Part shown: positions 7,734-20,323 of the stretch, piece after piece
Layout of the letters: each line of letters starts with the position of its first letter
How positions within the stretch are numbered: position 1 is the stretch's first letter
Assembly (NCBI GenBank): GCA_964036045.1
Contig: OZ038378.1
Coordinates: 130,448,001 to 130,512,000, forward strand
Direction of reading: 5' to 3'
From: Eutreptiella sp. 'Long Island Sound 2002'
Taxonomy: Eukaryota > Protista > Euglenida
DNA: 64,000 nucleotides
Translations under genes and position numbers: made by a program
The notes under the pieces: model-generated
Database searches by the model: none
What the model saw: the letters and a program-made list of their open reading frames with translations, nothing else
What the model was told of the DNA's origin: nothing

Positions 7734-10700
7734 GTGAGATACTTGGCGAAAAATAATTCCCAACCCCAAGGTGTAATCCGTTGCACATTATTATGGCAGC
7801 GGAGCCGGACCAACAAACGGCGATTGTGCGGCACAACACATGCATCTTCAGCTTCATATCTGCGATAAAGCAAGCGACCTCCACTGTCATTCATTTCTTC
7901 TATCTCCTGCGGCATGCTAAAGGGATACTTAGAATTGCACTTGGTGCATACACACCCATGACCAATATTGAAACACTTGTCGGGGTAGCATTGATGCACC
8001 ATGCGGCACTCCTTGTGCAGTTCCCCTGAACGCTGTATTGAAGTTCTCATGGAGGCTGTCAGTTGAAGGGACAGCAGCATTATCTGTCTTGACCGTAGTT
8101 ATGAACTGCAGGTTGCTCCCTTTGCACTGTGGTTGGCAGGTTAGTCTGCATGTGGAATGCAATGCCTGTTCGTCCCGTGCTTGCTTTTGTTGCTGCATTT
8201 GTCTGCCCTGCGAACGACAGCCGGTTTGAATTCGTAGGTACGCTGTGAATTTCGGATGGAAGCCGTCAATTTCATGAGGCATTGTTGCACAAATCACATC
8301 CTCCGGGATGTTCTTCCTTTCACGCCATACCACGCCATGTAAATGCAGCCGGCGTCGCTGTTGATATTCAAATCGAAACCAATTATCCCGCACCTTTCCA
8401 AAATGGACCATTTTTGCCAATAGGCAAGAACTTACGCTTGAAGATCTCTACCCGCTTGTGGAACGCCACACAAGCCTCCATATATCGGCCATCTTGGATT
8501 CTCTTGTTTGGCCCTGTGCTTTTGGGGTATTCTCCAGGCCACACAGCTCCTGCAGGGCACCCTTTTTGCACAGCAGCTTGCAAATCAGCCCAGTTGTCAT
8601 TCATGGTCAAAGTGATGAAAAGGTCTGCCTTGCCAAGTTCACGACTCATGGCTGTAAGATCTAAATGTCGTGAGGCCTAATAGGAACGGGTTCCAACCGA
8701 TTTGGAAGGTACATAACTTCCATACAAATAATGCGGGTTGAGGTTGGCAGTACCTTTATCCGTCCCCTCGCGCTCGAGATGGTGGTTCGTACACTGTACA
8801 CTGTCTTGGTAGCATGGGTGCGGCTTTTTGCCTAGAGTAGTAGGCGGAGTTGACGACGATGTTGACGTTGCTGCACACTGGGAACAAAATGGAGGGTGTT
8901 GGGTGCTTTCGGTTGCGGATTCTGAAGATTGACTCGGTTGGGTGCATTGACCTGGTTGCGGACACTCTGGGGTGGTGTGTGGTTCTTGTGAGGTAGATTT
9001 CGTCAGCGCCGGTTTGGGATTTGTGGAACTCCTCGCACTTCTCAAATGTGCTGCAGTAATGTCCTCCACTCAAACCGCACATTGAGCCTTGAAAATTTGT
9101 TGATTCGAGATCAATTGGTCACGCATCTCTTTGCTCACTTGGAAAAAGCACCACCAGTGGTCACGACGCCATCGGCCATCAAATGCAAGATAACGACTAC
9201 GGTAGTAGGCGGCACACCCAATTCTGTACCTATCGTATATCCACCAACGCTGCCGGGATACAAATCGGGCCCCAGACACGGCACCAACTTGGGGTTATTA
9301 AAATGCAAATAAGTGTCATTGGCCAATGATTGAGCGGATGTGATAACGTTCCCACCGTCTCCTTGGAAGGGTGTCCGATGGAGGAGGCCCACTTTGTCCG
9401 AGTGATGTGGGGCATCACACTCCACAGCCCAAGGAACGGACTCATCTTGTAGACGGTATTCCAAGTGTTTCATGTACTTTTCTTTATAGCAGCGATGTGT
9501 CAATGTGTCCATGGTGGAGGCTGCATTCTTCAACTATCAGCACAACGTCACATAGTGCTCCAAAAGTCGAGAAAAAAACGGTGAATTTTCTTGAGCAACA
9601 CTAACACTGCGTTCATTTGCTGGGTGCTTTGCTCACTGTCCTTGGGCTTCTGATCATCACGGATAATATCCTCTTTCATTGTCATTAAACCGCAAACTGC
9701 ATTGTAGTGTTGGCTTGGCTTCCGGCCGACGCTGACGGTACCCATTGCATGGTGCCATTGCTTCTGACGGAGATACACGTGCTTCACCGTATTTGAGTGG
9801 AGGGCCCCAAGTGCAATTGGTCGCTTTTGGTACTCGGTGAGGTCCGCAATCTTTGAGGGGATATTGGGTTGGATGTCCCCATCCAAAGTGTAGCCATAGT
9901 TGATGGGGTCATACTTCGCGGAATACTTGCCACACACGTGGTAAGCATACATACGCGTAGCTGAGTGCCAAACAAGAGTGTCACACACCACAAAGCGACT
10001 TGTTGTAGGTGCGGGACATCGCAGCGGAACAGAGCGGAACTGGAAACGGTGCAGTCTTATACTTCAAACAATTGGCGAACACCCCATTGCGGAACACAAA
10101 TATCCCATTTGTAACCACATCTTTGCGTGGCACGCCAAACAAGATTTTTTTGCGCAACTCGCCATCGGTCTGTGGAACCGTAAATTTTCGCCCGCCACCT
10201 ACCGGGCCCCAAAGGAGTTAACCACACCGGTAGCAAAGTGCATCAAAAAGTGGTGAGTACAAAGTGTCCACCCATCAAGCCAATACTCTCGTACAGACTT
10301 CAAAGAAATGTTGGACGGAGACAATGGATTGACACGGAACAACTCCCGTGGCACACTACGAGCTACCCCGGGAGAACGACGCCGCTATGCCTTGATGTGT
10401 TGCTTCTCTACCGTATTGTTGTGTCCATCAACGATGCCCTTATTCCGTTTGGATTATGGCGTGTTTTTTTTCCTCCACAAGAACCCTTGGCCGCTTGAGA
10501 CTCCGCGGTGTTCTTTTTGCCCTTTTTGGCTTGGGACTCTGCATTGTTCTTATTGCTACCGCAAGAAAGCTTGGCCGCTTGGGATTACCTGGTGTTGTTC
10601 TTGCCTTCACAAGAACCCTTGGCCGCTTGGGACTGTGCAGTGTTGTTCTTGCCTCCACAAGAACCCTTGGCCGCTTGGGACTGCGTGGTGTTGTTCTAGC

Positions 10701-13512
10701 CTCCACAAGAATTCTTGGCTCCTTGAGACTCCGCGGTGTTCATTTTGCCCCTCTTGGCTTGGGACTCTGCATTGTTCTTCTTGCCTCCGCAAGAACCCTT
10801 GGCTGCTTGGGACTGTGCGGTGTTGTTCTTGCCTCCGCAAGAGCCCTTGGCCGCTTGGGACTGCGACGTGTTGTTCTGGCCCCCACAAGAACCCTTGGCT
10901 GCTTGAGACTCCGCAGTGTTCTTTTTGCCCGTTTTGGCTTGGGACTCTGCATTGTTCTTCTTGCCTCCTCAAGAACCCTTGGCTGCTTGCGACTCCGCGG
11001 TGTTCTTTTTGCCCTTTTTGGCTTGGGACTCTGCATTGTTCTTATTGCCTCCACAAGAACCCTTGGCCCCCTGAGAGTACGTGGTGTTGTTCTTGCCTCC
11101 ACAAGAACATTTGGCCGCTTGGGACTGCGCGGTGTTGTTCTTGCCTCCGCAAGAGCCCTTGGCCGCTTGGGACTGCGTGGTGTTGTTTTGGCCACCACAA
11201 GAACCCTTGTCTGCTTGAGACTCCGCGGTATTCTTTTTGCCCCTCTTGGCTTGGGACTCTGCATTGTTCTTCTTGCCTCCGCAAGAACCCTTGGCTGCTT
11301 CGGACTGTGCGGTGTTGTTCTTGCCTCCGCCAAAGCCCTTGGCCGCTTGGAACTGCGTTGTGTTGTTCTGGCCTCCACAAGAACCCTTGGCTGCTTGAGA
11401 CTCCGCAGTGTTCTTTTTGCCTGTTTTGGCTTGGGACTCTGCATTGTTCTTCTTGCCTCCTCAAGAACCCTTGGCTGCTTGCGACTCCGCGGTGTTCTTT
11501 TTGCCCTTTTTGGCTTGGGACTCTGCATTGTTCTTATTGCGTCCACAAGAACCCTTGGCCCCTTGAGACTACGTGGTGTTGTTTTTGCCTCCACAAGAAC
11601 ATTTGGCCGCTTGGGACTCCGCGGTGTTGTTCTTGCCTCCACAAGAACCCTTGGCCGTTTGAAACTCCGCGGTGTTCTTTTTGCCCTTGTTGGCTTGGGA
11701 CTCTACATTGTTCTTCTTGCCTCCGCAAGAACCCTTGGCCGCTTGGGACTGCGCGGTGTTGTTCTTGCCTCTGCAAGAACCCTGGGCCGCGTGGGACTGC
11801 GTCGTGTTGTTCTCGCCTCCACAAGAACCCTTGGCTACTTGAGACTCCGCGGTGTTCTTTTTGCCCTTTTTGGCTTGGGACTCTGAATCGTTCTTCGTGC
11901 CTCCACAAGAACCCTTGGCTGCTTGGGACTCCGCGGTGTTCTTTTTGCCCTTTTTGGCTTGGGAGTCTGCATTGTTCTTATTGCCCCCACAAGAACCCTT
12001 GGCCCCTTAAGAATACGTGGTGTTGTTCTTGCCTCCACAAGAACATTTGGCCGCTTGGGACTCCGCGGTGTTGTTCTTGCCTGCACAAGAACCCTTGGCC
12101 GTTTGAGACTCCACGGTGTTCTTAGACTTTTTGTCCTTGTTGGCTTGGGACTCTGCAATGTTCTTCTTGCCTCCGCAAGAACCCTTGGCCGCTTGGGACT
12201 GCGCGGTGTTGTTCTTGCCTCCGCACGAACCCTTGGCCGCGTGGGACTGCGTCGTGTTGTTCTGGCCTCCACAAGAACCCTTGGCTACTTGAGACTCCGC
12301 GGTGTTTTTTTTGCCCTTTTTGGCTTGGGCCTCTGCATTGTTCTTCTTGCCTCCACAAGAACCCTTGGCTGCTTGGGACTCCGCATTGTTCTTTTTGCCC
12401 TTTTTTGCTCGGGACTCTGCATTATTCTTATGCTTCCGTAGAAAGCTTGGCCCCTTGGAACTGTGTGGTGTCGTTGTTGCCTCCACAAGAACACCTGGCC
12501 GCTTGGGACTGTGTGGTGTTCTTCTTGCCTCCACAAGAAGCCTTGGCTGCTTGAGACTCCGCGGTGTTCTTTTTGCCCGTTTTGGCTTGGGACTCTGCAA
12601 TGTTCTTCTTCCCTCCGCAAGAACCCTTGGCCGCTTGGGACTGCGTCGTGTTGTTCTGGCCTCCACAAGAACCCTTGGCTACTTGAGACTCCGCGGTGCT
12701 TTTTTTGCCCTTTTTGGCTTGGGACTCTGCATTGTTCTTCTTGCCTCCACAAGAACCCTTGGCTGCTTGGGACTCCGCAGTGTTCTTTTTGCCCTTTTTT
12801 GCTTGGGACTCTGTATTATTCTTATGCTTCCGCAGAAAGCTTGGCCCCTTGGGACTGCGTGGTGTCGTTGTTGCCTCCACAAGAACACTTGGCCGCTTGG
12901 GAATGTGTGGTGTTGTTCTTGCCTCCACAAGAATCCTTGGCTGCTTGAGACTCCGCGGTGTTCTTTTTGCCCTTGTTGGCTTGGGACTCTGCATTGTTCT
13001 TCTTGCCTCCGCAAGAACCCTTGGCCGCTTGGGACGGCGTGGATTTGTTCTTGCCTCCACAAGAACCCTTGGTTGCTTGAGACTCTGCGGTGTTCTTTTT
13101 GCCCTTTTTGGCTTGGGACTCTGCATTGTTCTTTTTGCCTCCACAGGAATCCTTGGCTGCTTGGGACTCCGCAGTGTTCTTTTTGCCCTTGTTGGCTTGG
13201 GACTCATCGGTTTTCTTCTTGACTTCACAAAGAACCCTTGGTCGCTTGGGACTCCGCGCTGTTCTTCTTGCCACCGCAAGAGCCCTTTGCGGCTTGCGAC
13301 TCAGGAGTGTTCAAACTTGCCACCGTTGCCGCTTGGATCCCAAGTGCGGTGCGGTTTTGCAATCGGTTCATCAACGTGACACGCAACTCCGCATGGCGCC
13401 GACGGATGGTAGGCCGGGGTACCTCGCTTTGCAGCTTGATGAACTCCGCCACCGGAAAGTGAACGTCGATGTCCAAGCATTGTCGCAATTTGTGCTCCCA
13501 ACAATTTGACAT
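7733..13512 (-). pseudogene. Helitron RepHel remnant, upstream part (N-terminus with repeat array, Zn-finger-like region, HUH Rep domain)
   Basis: Helitron Rep motifs in the expected order on the minus strand: PCLGPDLYPGSVGGY; FDGRWRRDHWWCFF; ADLFITLTMNDNWADL; FRFEYQQRRRLHLHGVVW (HUH); HQCYPDKC..CNSKYPF..RRYEAEDACVVPHNRRLLVRLRCHNNVQ..FAKYLT. Many stops and frameshifts. Candidate ATG at 13512 (MSNCWEHKL). Confidence 0.85.
10472..13310. repeat. Compound minisatellite of 48-bp and 84-bp units with ~492-bp and ~394-bp higher-order periods
   Basis: 48-bp unit cctccacaagaacccttggccgcttgggactgcgtggtgttgttcttg alternates with an 84-bp form carrying a 36-bp extension. Diagnostic variants recur at 10731/11223 and 12423/12817. 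Confidence 0.95.
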
Positions 13513-14149
13513 GGTGTGAAATAGACGCTGGCTCCGGTAAGAGTAAACCCTTACTCCAAGACCAACTGCCGAGAGCAACAAAAGACAACATGTTTGTAAC
13601 AACAAACTCACCACTTGGGGGCGTAGATACATCCCAAGCCTAAGAATGTTGCTTGACAGGTTACGATGGGATCTTATTGCCCAATGTTGGTAACACTTAT
13701 ACTTTTAGAGCCTCCACCCAAACCCAATGGCAATGTGTTGTTTTGCGTTGGTGGGCCTTATCCTCCCCGAGTAATGACCCACATTCCTACCCACTAGTAC
13801 CGAAGCCCAAACATAACCTCACCCTTTGGTACTCTTGGAAGAACAAAGCGCACAAACGGCAAAACACGGCACGGAACGACTCGTCCCTCTTGTTCTAAAC
13901 ACTCCCCAAGATTAGACATGGCGTGAACGTGAAGGTAACTCCGTTCAGAGTACACCTATACTCCAACACCAATCACCAAGAGCAAAGGGCACAATAAATA
14001 AAGCACGACAACTCCCGCAAACAGCAAGAATTAGCAAAATGCTAGTGCACGCATGCACCGTACAAAGAACATGGATGTGGACCGGGCCACTTCCCGATCA
14101 CAACTCCTTTGTCTCTATCGAATGGTCAACGATCATTATTTTTCAATGC

Positions 14150-15420
14150 AATTATCACACATAGAGGGGCCAAAGTGGCTCTGAAGGAGCTCCAAATGGG
14201 CTCTTTTCACTTGTTTCTGCCCCACAAAGGGTGCACGATCACTTTTGGAAAAACGCGTTTTTGACCCTCTATTGACCCGTCTTTCGTCCCACAATGGGAC
14301 ATTTTCAAGGCATTTTGGCATTTTCCATGGGCAAAAATGTGTCACCACGGGCTCAAAACGGGCTAAACACATTTGTTTGAGCATCCACAATGGCCTAGGA
14401 TCACTTTTGGAACAATGTGTTTTTGACCCATTTTCGACCCATTTTCGGTCCCACACAACGGCCCATTTTCAAGGCATTTTGGCATTTTCCATGGGCCAAA
14501 ACGCATGTTGTGGGGCTCCAAATGGGCTAAAAACACTTGTTTGAGCATCCTAAGTGGTCCAGAATAATTTTCGGAAAAATATGTTTTTGACCCATTTTTG
14601 ACCCATTTTTGGTCTCAAAACGGCCCACTTCCAATGCATTTTGGGATTTTCCGTGGCCCAAAACGCGCCACCTAGGGCTCAAGATGGCCTAAAAGCACTA
14701 GGAACAACTTTGAAAAAAAATGATTTTTTCCGCCCCGGGGACCCCGGTGGACCCACCGTTGGCCCCAATCGTGCGCGGGCCGAGCTGCCCTCCGGCTGCA
14801 CCATGTGACCACTGGTACCGGGGGCTAGACATGTCGTTCGACGATTCTAAGGTTTGTAAACCACAAAAAGTGGGGGTTGCGGGCGGAATAGGTGCCCCCG
14901 GAATTGGGTTTTCAGCCACGTAGCACAAGATACGGCCCGTTTTTGGTTTCGGGCCTGTTTGACACAAACACCGCACATTTTGGGCCACTTTTAGCCACTT
15001 TTGGGCCATTTCCCGGATACATCGTGGAGCTAGAGGGGGACAAAGGGCTCTTGGTTAGGGGGCAACCAAGGAGCACGTGGACTGTAGCAATTGTTCCCCT
15101 TCGTTTGTCCGTTTTGACTTGGTTTCGGGGCCGTTTTGGGCCAGAAAGGGCTGCTTTGGGGCATAAAATGCGCACTTTTGGAAGGGCACCTCCCGACTTG
15201 GCGCCCCCGCCCCGGGGCGCCACCGCTAAGTTTATGGCTGAAAACTTGGATTTGGCAAGGCCACCACCTAGGCTCTAGGATGGCGAGAGTAGAGTGGAGC
15301 CCGGAGCGATGAGGCGGAGCATTGACCAAAACGGAAAGGAGAAGTGCTTGCTTGTTGCTTGTGGCTTGCTTGCTTGTTGCTTATTAGCTAGATCTAAGGG
15401 GAGTGGGATGTAGTAGTGTA
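14150..15420 (+). repeat. Dispersed non-coding repeat with ~162-164-bp tandem units and a conserved downstream tail (copy 1)
   Basis: ttgagcatcc recurs at 14377 and 14541. The tail aaaacttggattt..caaggccaccacctaggctctagg..tgcttgcttgttgc..tagatctaagggg is shared with 44380-44540. Confidence 0.8.
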
Positions 15421-15424
15421 TGAG

Positions 15425-15520
15425 ATTTGGACGGAGGGGGGGGTCTATTCGTTGAAAATTGGACGTAGGGGGGGGGGTCTATTCAATGAGAATTCGACGG
15501 AGGGGGGGGTCTATTCCTTA
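15425..15520 (+). repeat. Three ~31-32-bp tandem units (ggacggaggggggggtctattc)
   Basis: Direct inspection. Confidence 0.7.
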
Positions 15521-17496
15521 AACTAGCAGGGTTTTCCCGGTGCGGGCTGAATTTCGGAACAATCTTGTTCCCTAGGTAGGGGTATGTACAACCTTTATGG
15601 AATCTCCTATAAAATGGCTTTTCGGATATGTATGGGTTAGGGGGTGGTAGGAGACCACATTTTTGCGGAATTCAGTGCACAAGTCGGACGCTTCCAGGAT
15701 TTTGTGCCGCTTGTGCAGAATACATAGGTCACCACTTGGGGTTTGGGAGAGAATCTGTCATAGTTGCAACATACCGTAAGTGCAACCAAAAACCATAGAA
15801 CGTATACTGATGTATTTTGATGTGCCAAGTTAAAAAATCCCACAAGAACGGTCCAACAATGTGCTCAGATCAAGCAACGCTCCATTTTCTGTCACGCTTT
15901 TGTGTCCTCATTTTTATCGGAACGTGTCACTCCGACTCCATCAGTGCTTGCGCATGTGTTGGGCATGGCATCGGCATATTGTGCAATTACAAGGAAACAC
16001 CTAGATTTTCGAAATCGGAACATGGAAACACATCAACTTATCTCAACATTTTCTGTAAATGGACAATCTATTCGTGAAATTAAGGGCACAAGGTAAGTAT
16101 ACTGCAAAGCAGCTAGGTACCGATCATCTGTTTTCACGATTTCCAAGCCGTATAGCCCCGCCTCCGTTACAACACGCAACGAGACCCCTTTTTTTTGGAT
16201 TACCCACGTTCAAAATAGGAGGGAGGGTTATATGCAACTCCCAAAATGGTATCACACACGGGGTGTCTGAACCGCGTTTCTAGAAAATCAGGAGCTACTT
16301 TATCAAACAGGGGGGCCTCGTGTCCAACTCCCATATATATAACTTCTTTCGGCCGCCAAGTGGTTGGTGCTACTTTGGGTGGTGATGATACCCCCCCCCC
16401 CCCCCTCCAACCTTATAGTAAGTTTGGGCAATCCACAAAAAATACCTTCCATGCATTGTGAAATGCTAGCAGGACGGCCAAGACAAGGCTTGTCCACAAC
16501 ATGCACAAAAAGGATATGATTACCACCTTGGTGACCGCCCGGACTACCGGGTAAAGTGATTGCCACTCCGCAAAACAATAGCTATTGTGCACACTTCTCG
16601 TTATCAGACATGGTAATGCATGGGCACAAAACACCAAAGCATGCATAAAGTCAATGTTCTGTGTTGAAGTACAAAAGTGCTTCCTGCACCAAAGAAGTTC
16701 GAGGAGGAAATTGCTGCCGATCATCCAACGTCGAAATGCAAATGGACGGATGTGGCTTCGAACCGGCCCTACGGTCGTTTTCGACCTTTGTTGTTTGTCC
16801 ATTGCGGTATTTTTTGATGTTCTGTTGTATTTCCTAATCAACCACATTCCTATCGCAATAGCAAGGCAATTGGTGGCAACACGAAGTCATGGGCCACCTC
16901 ATGTTCCGGGAAGCACTCTGTCGGTGCCAAATAGGATGACGGCATGTTGTAGCACGAAGCAATGGGACTTGTGCTTGGGATATTGGCTCATGTGCTTCCG
17001 TGTACGCCCTTTGTTATGTGTCATGAACTCCGATGTTGTGGGCATTTTGTTACATTCGCAAACGAAGAATGGAGTTTTGGAGCGTCACATTGCCGGAGTG
17101 GGACCAAAGGGGGATTACCATTCTTGGGTTTGCTTTTGTAGCGTCCCGTTGCATCCCCGGCAACCCGTGAACCACCCCCTGTGTATGATTTTCCCATCCA
17201 CATTGCATGTCGTTGTAGCACAAAAAGAAGCAGAGTCCCCCGTACGTCGAGGCTAGGTGAAGAAGGCCAATGCAAGTAGAAGGCAAATACAACCCGCCGA
17301 TTGGTGGCATCTACATGTTGAGACCGAGGGGATCGAAGCCATCAAGAACTTTGGTATCGTCCACATCTTCATCAAGGGCATCATCAATTGCTATTTTACT
17401 CCGCACAAGCCCACACACTTTGAATGCAGGGTCATGAACCAAGAACCCTAGGCCCAACGTTCTCAGTTTCTATTTTTTTTCGGTGTCTTATTTGCC

Positions 17497-19183
17497 ATGC
17501 TTGCCCGGGCCCTTGTGGCCTGCCGGCAATGGTCGCTGACAACGACGCATCGAAGCACCTACTGGCAGTCCGCCGTGAACAACTCGAGTACTCGGGTAGG
17601 CCCAATGAGTGCCAAAGAGTACATGCAGAAATGGAGGGTGCACGGAGAGCCGCGCATCACCATCACGGAGGCCAAGCTGATCTATCATCTGATGAATCTG
17701 AATGAGTATCAATTTGTGGTGCGGTCATGCAATTGCATGCACAACCTGTTTGATCAAGGAACCATGATGTCACTGCAAGGAATCACTGAAACGGACACTA
17801 CTGACCAGCTACAGGCAATCATGTTTGGTGAATCGCTGAATGTTGTGATGGTTATTCCAAAGCAGGAAATCTTGGAAATGCAAAAATCTGTCAACAAAAT
17901 ACTTGCTGCACTCGGCAACTTGAATCGCATAGCTCTGATCATTTTCAATGACACATCCTAGGAGGTGGGACTTGCATCTGCAGGCATCAAACTGAATGAA
18001 TCAATGCAAGTGAACATTCATTCTTTGGTTAGATTCGAAAGGAAGATCACAGACGTAATTGCGCATTTTGAATGTTGGACATGGTTTCTGTGTGAGTGAC
18101 CAGCGATCCAGGGAGTCCTCACTGGCACTGGTTTTCAAAACACAACGAATGTTTCGGCTTGGTGCTGACCCGGAGAGCAGGATCTTCAAGGATGTCGCCA
18201 TAAGAGTCCATCACTTTGCAGTCCAGGCACACACCTTGTGGATTAAGGATGCTATTGGTGAGGCCAAACACGTTACCATCATGCCCGGCACAATCTACTA
18301 TGAAAACACTCTAATGACTAAACAAGGGTATCGACAATTCACGGAAGCCCAGGCGATTGACTTCATCAAAAAACATGGGTCCAAGACTTTCTTCCTTATG
18401 GAGTATTACAAATGGATTAACAACAACCAATTGAAAAATCTACCCCACAAAAATGAAGTATATGTGCAGTCCAGTCACAACACCAAGACGAGCCCTTTCT
18501 TCCTTCATCTAGTGCTCTGTCTGTTTGGCAACCTGTCAAATGTGCTCACCAACATGGAGGACCTTATCATCAATGTCGTGTCTGCGAAGAACTCGCGTAT
18601 TGGCCTTAGTTACAGGGCAAATGCACTCTTACAGCAACACGTGGAAACAATGTACAACAACCATTGTGTGTCTTTCTACAGTGCTGAATTACGTAGAGTT
18701 CTAGGGGAAATTGATCTCATGTCGGACGCTGCCAGCGATGCCGGATCCAAAGGCTCAACAGCACTGGCCAGTGATCCCATGATCCTTGTTGATGTACCAC
18801 CCTGCTGGGCTGCCCACAAACTTCGAACTCCTCTGCGCTCCATCATTGAAACATTTGAGGACTGTGACCTACGAAGGCTGCCATTCTCTGTCGGTGCTAT
18901 ACGCACGACATGTTGGAGAGCAATCAAAAAGGAGATAAGCAAATTTGCAAGTACGGTGTTCAAGAGTGCAGATGGTCTGGACAAATTTAGGGCCATCTCT
19001 GCAGAGGAATACTATGCCTTGAGAAGTGTCAAAAACAGACCGACGGGACGAGAAGCCAATCAGGAGAACAGTTCATCCTCCTCTTCCAATGTCGGAGTCA
19101 ACATGGATATTGATGAAAGCCTGCTGAACTTTGCGAAACCGTGTGGCAACAGAAGCCTATGGTATGAAGATCCCAAGAAATGA
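17497..19183 (+). pseudogene. LINE-R ORF1 (broken: 17497-17961 and 18059-19183)
   Basis: Lies directly upstream of the APE. Aligns by eye with ORF1 of the LINE at 62.3-64 kb (DLRRLPFSVGAIRTTCWR..ISAEEYYALR vs FVRRGPFTPGDATLVAWR..MSGKQYAAAR). Confidence 0.6.
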
Positions 19184-19249
19184 GCATAGTCCAGGACATT
19201 GCCCTCCACAGTGGAGGAGTGGACACGTGCCCAATCCCGACAACTTCTT

Positions 19250-19673
19250 GGTGATGACCTACAATGCCACTGGGCTCAACGCTGATGTGACTCGAGGGGA
19301 CAGGGAGTACCAAAGACATGTTCTTTTGTTGGGAGGAGCAGTCAAACACGGTGTTTCTGTTGTGGGAGTTCAAGAGCCTCATGGCAAGCTGTGGCACGAT
19401 TACACTTCCATTCACCGTACGGCAGAACTGAGGTCCTTTCACTTCATGCGTACCCTGAATCCAGGTGGAGGGGGGGCCTCAGCAACATACTGGTCTGATG
19501 TTTGGGAACACATTTCCAGCTTTTCGCTCTCCCCCAGACTTATGTTTGTGTACCTTAGGCATAATTTCGGTTCCAAATTTTTCTTCATGGTGGGTCACTT
19601 GCACCATTTACCCACCCTGCGTAAAGAACAATGGTTATTGCTCAAACAAATCATCAAGAATTTTGAGGGACAT
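19250..19673 (+). pseudogene. LINE-R APE endonuclease, N-terminal half
   Basis: LVMTYNATGL..VVGVQEPH..KNFEG(H), cut by PLE-2. Confidence 0.85.
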
Positions 19674-20227
19674 TGCTCTAGTCCCAATGCACGTCCCACC
19701 CTGCGCTCCTCTGCCCCCAATATGTTCCGCTGTAGCTTGAAGTATTCCTTTGGTCGCAGAGACATCCTGGTTAACCTTATACGCTATACCGTCCCACTCC
19801 GTCTGTGCTATCCCCCCGTGTGGTGGCGGCCTCTATTCCTGAAACGTGCAGATGCCATGGGAGTGGACGCTTTATTGCGAGCGGCGCTCTCTGTCCCGCT
19901 CCCACCCGTGCCTGAGCCTGTAGCAAAGAATCTGTACGTCGCCAGAAAATAGGCACCGTAGCAGGATAGCCAGTTGGTGTTAACCCTTGTAGCCCACGGC
20001 GAGCCTTCTTCACAAGTGACCACGTTGTGGCTTGAATTTTCGTTGAACCTATGTGTGAACGTGTCGCCCGCCATGGCGCCAGCACTGTCATGCCCTCTAT
20101 TGCAGAAACCTGTCACGTGACGGTAGCGGTTTTTTCTCTTTGTGCATGCTCCCTGCTTGCCGTGTGAGGATCAACCCCCGCCAGACGAAGCAATAGAGTG
20201 CATTTCAATCTTCAAAATAAATTTCGA
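19671..20227 (+). repeat. PLE-2 left pseudo-LTR (5'-truncated copy of the element's 3' end)
   Basis: High identity to 26470-27017, with a 9-bp in-frame indel and scattered substitutions. Confidence 0.95.
20095..20198 (+). ncRNA. Candidate variant type-II hammerhead ribozyme (left copy)
   Basis: ctctattgc-a-GAAA-cc(t)gtcacgtgacgg-TA-gcgg..ccgc-CAGACGA-a-gcaatagag. 9-bp stem II, palindromic stem III, U4A core change. Confidence 0.45.
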
Positions 20228-20323
20228 TCATTCAAACTTCTGATGTCAAGGCCACTCGTAACTCCCGATCTCCAATCCATCAATCAATCAATCAATCAAC
20301 CAATCTGATCTACTAGCGACATC

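Noticed and set aside
10472-13310. Possible CRISPR array
   Set aside because: Units are contiguous homologous repeats without unique spacers; there are no cas genes and the context is eukaryotic.
10308-13379. Long Cys-rich (605 aa), Leu-rich and TPRSPK-type ORFs over the minisatellite, resembling metallothionein, membrane or histone-H1-like proteins
   Set aside because: Unit lengths are multiples of 3, so most frames stay open. Only the minus-strand ESQAAK frame links to a unique N-terminus and shows synonymous variation.
13860-14150. Helitron 5' terminus
   Set aside because: No convincing terminal signature found. The region is bounded by another repeat, so the end is left undefined.
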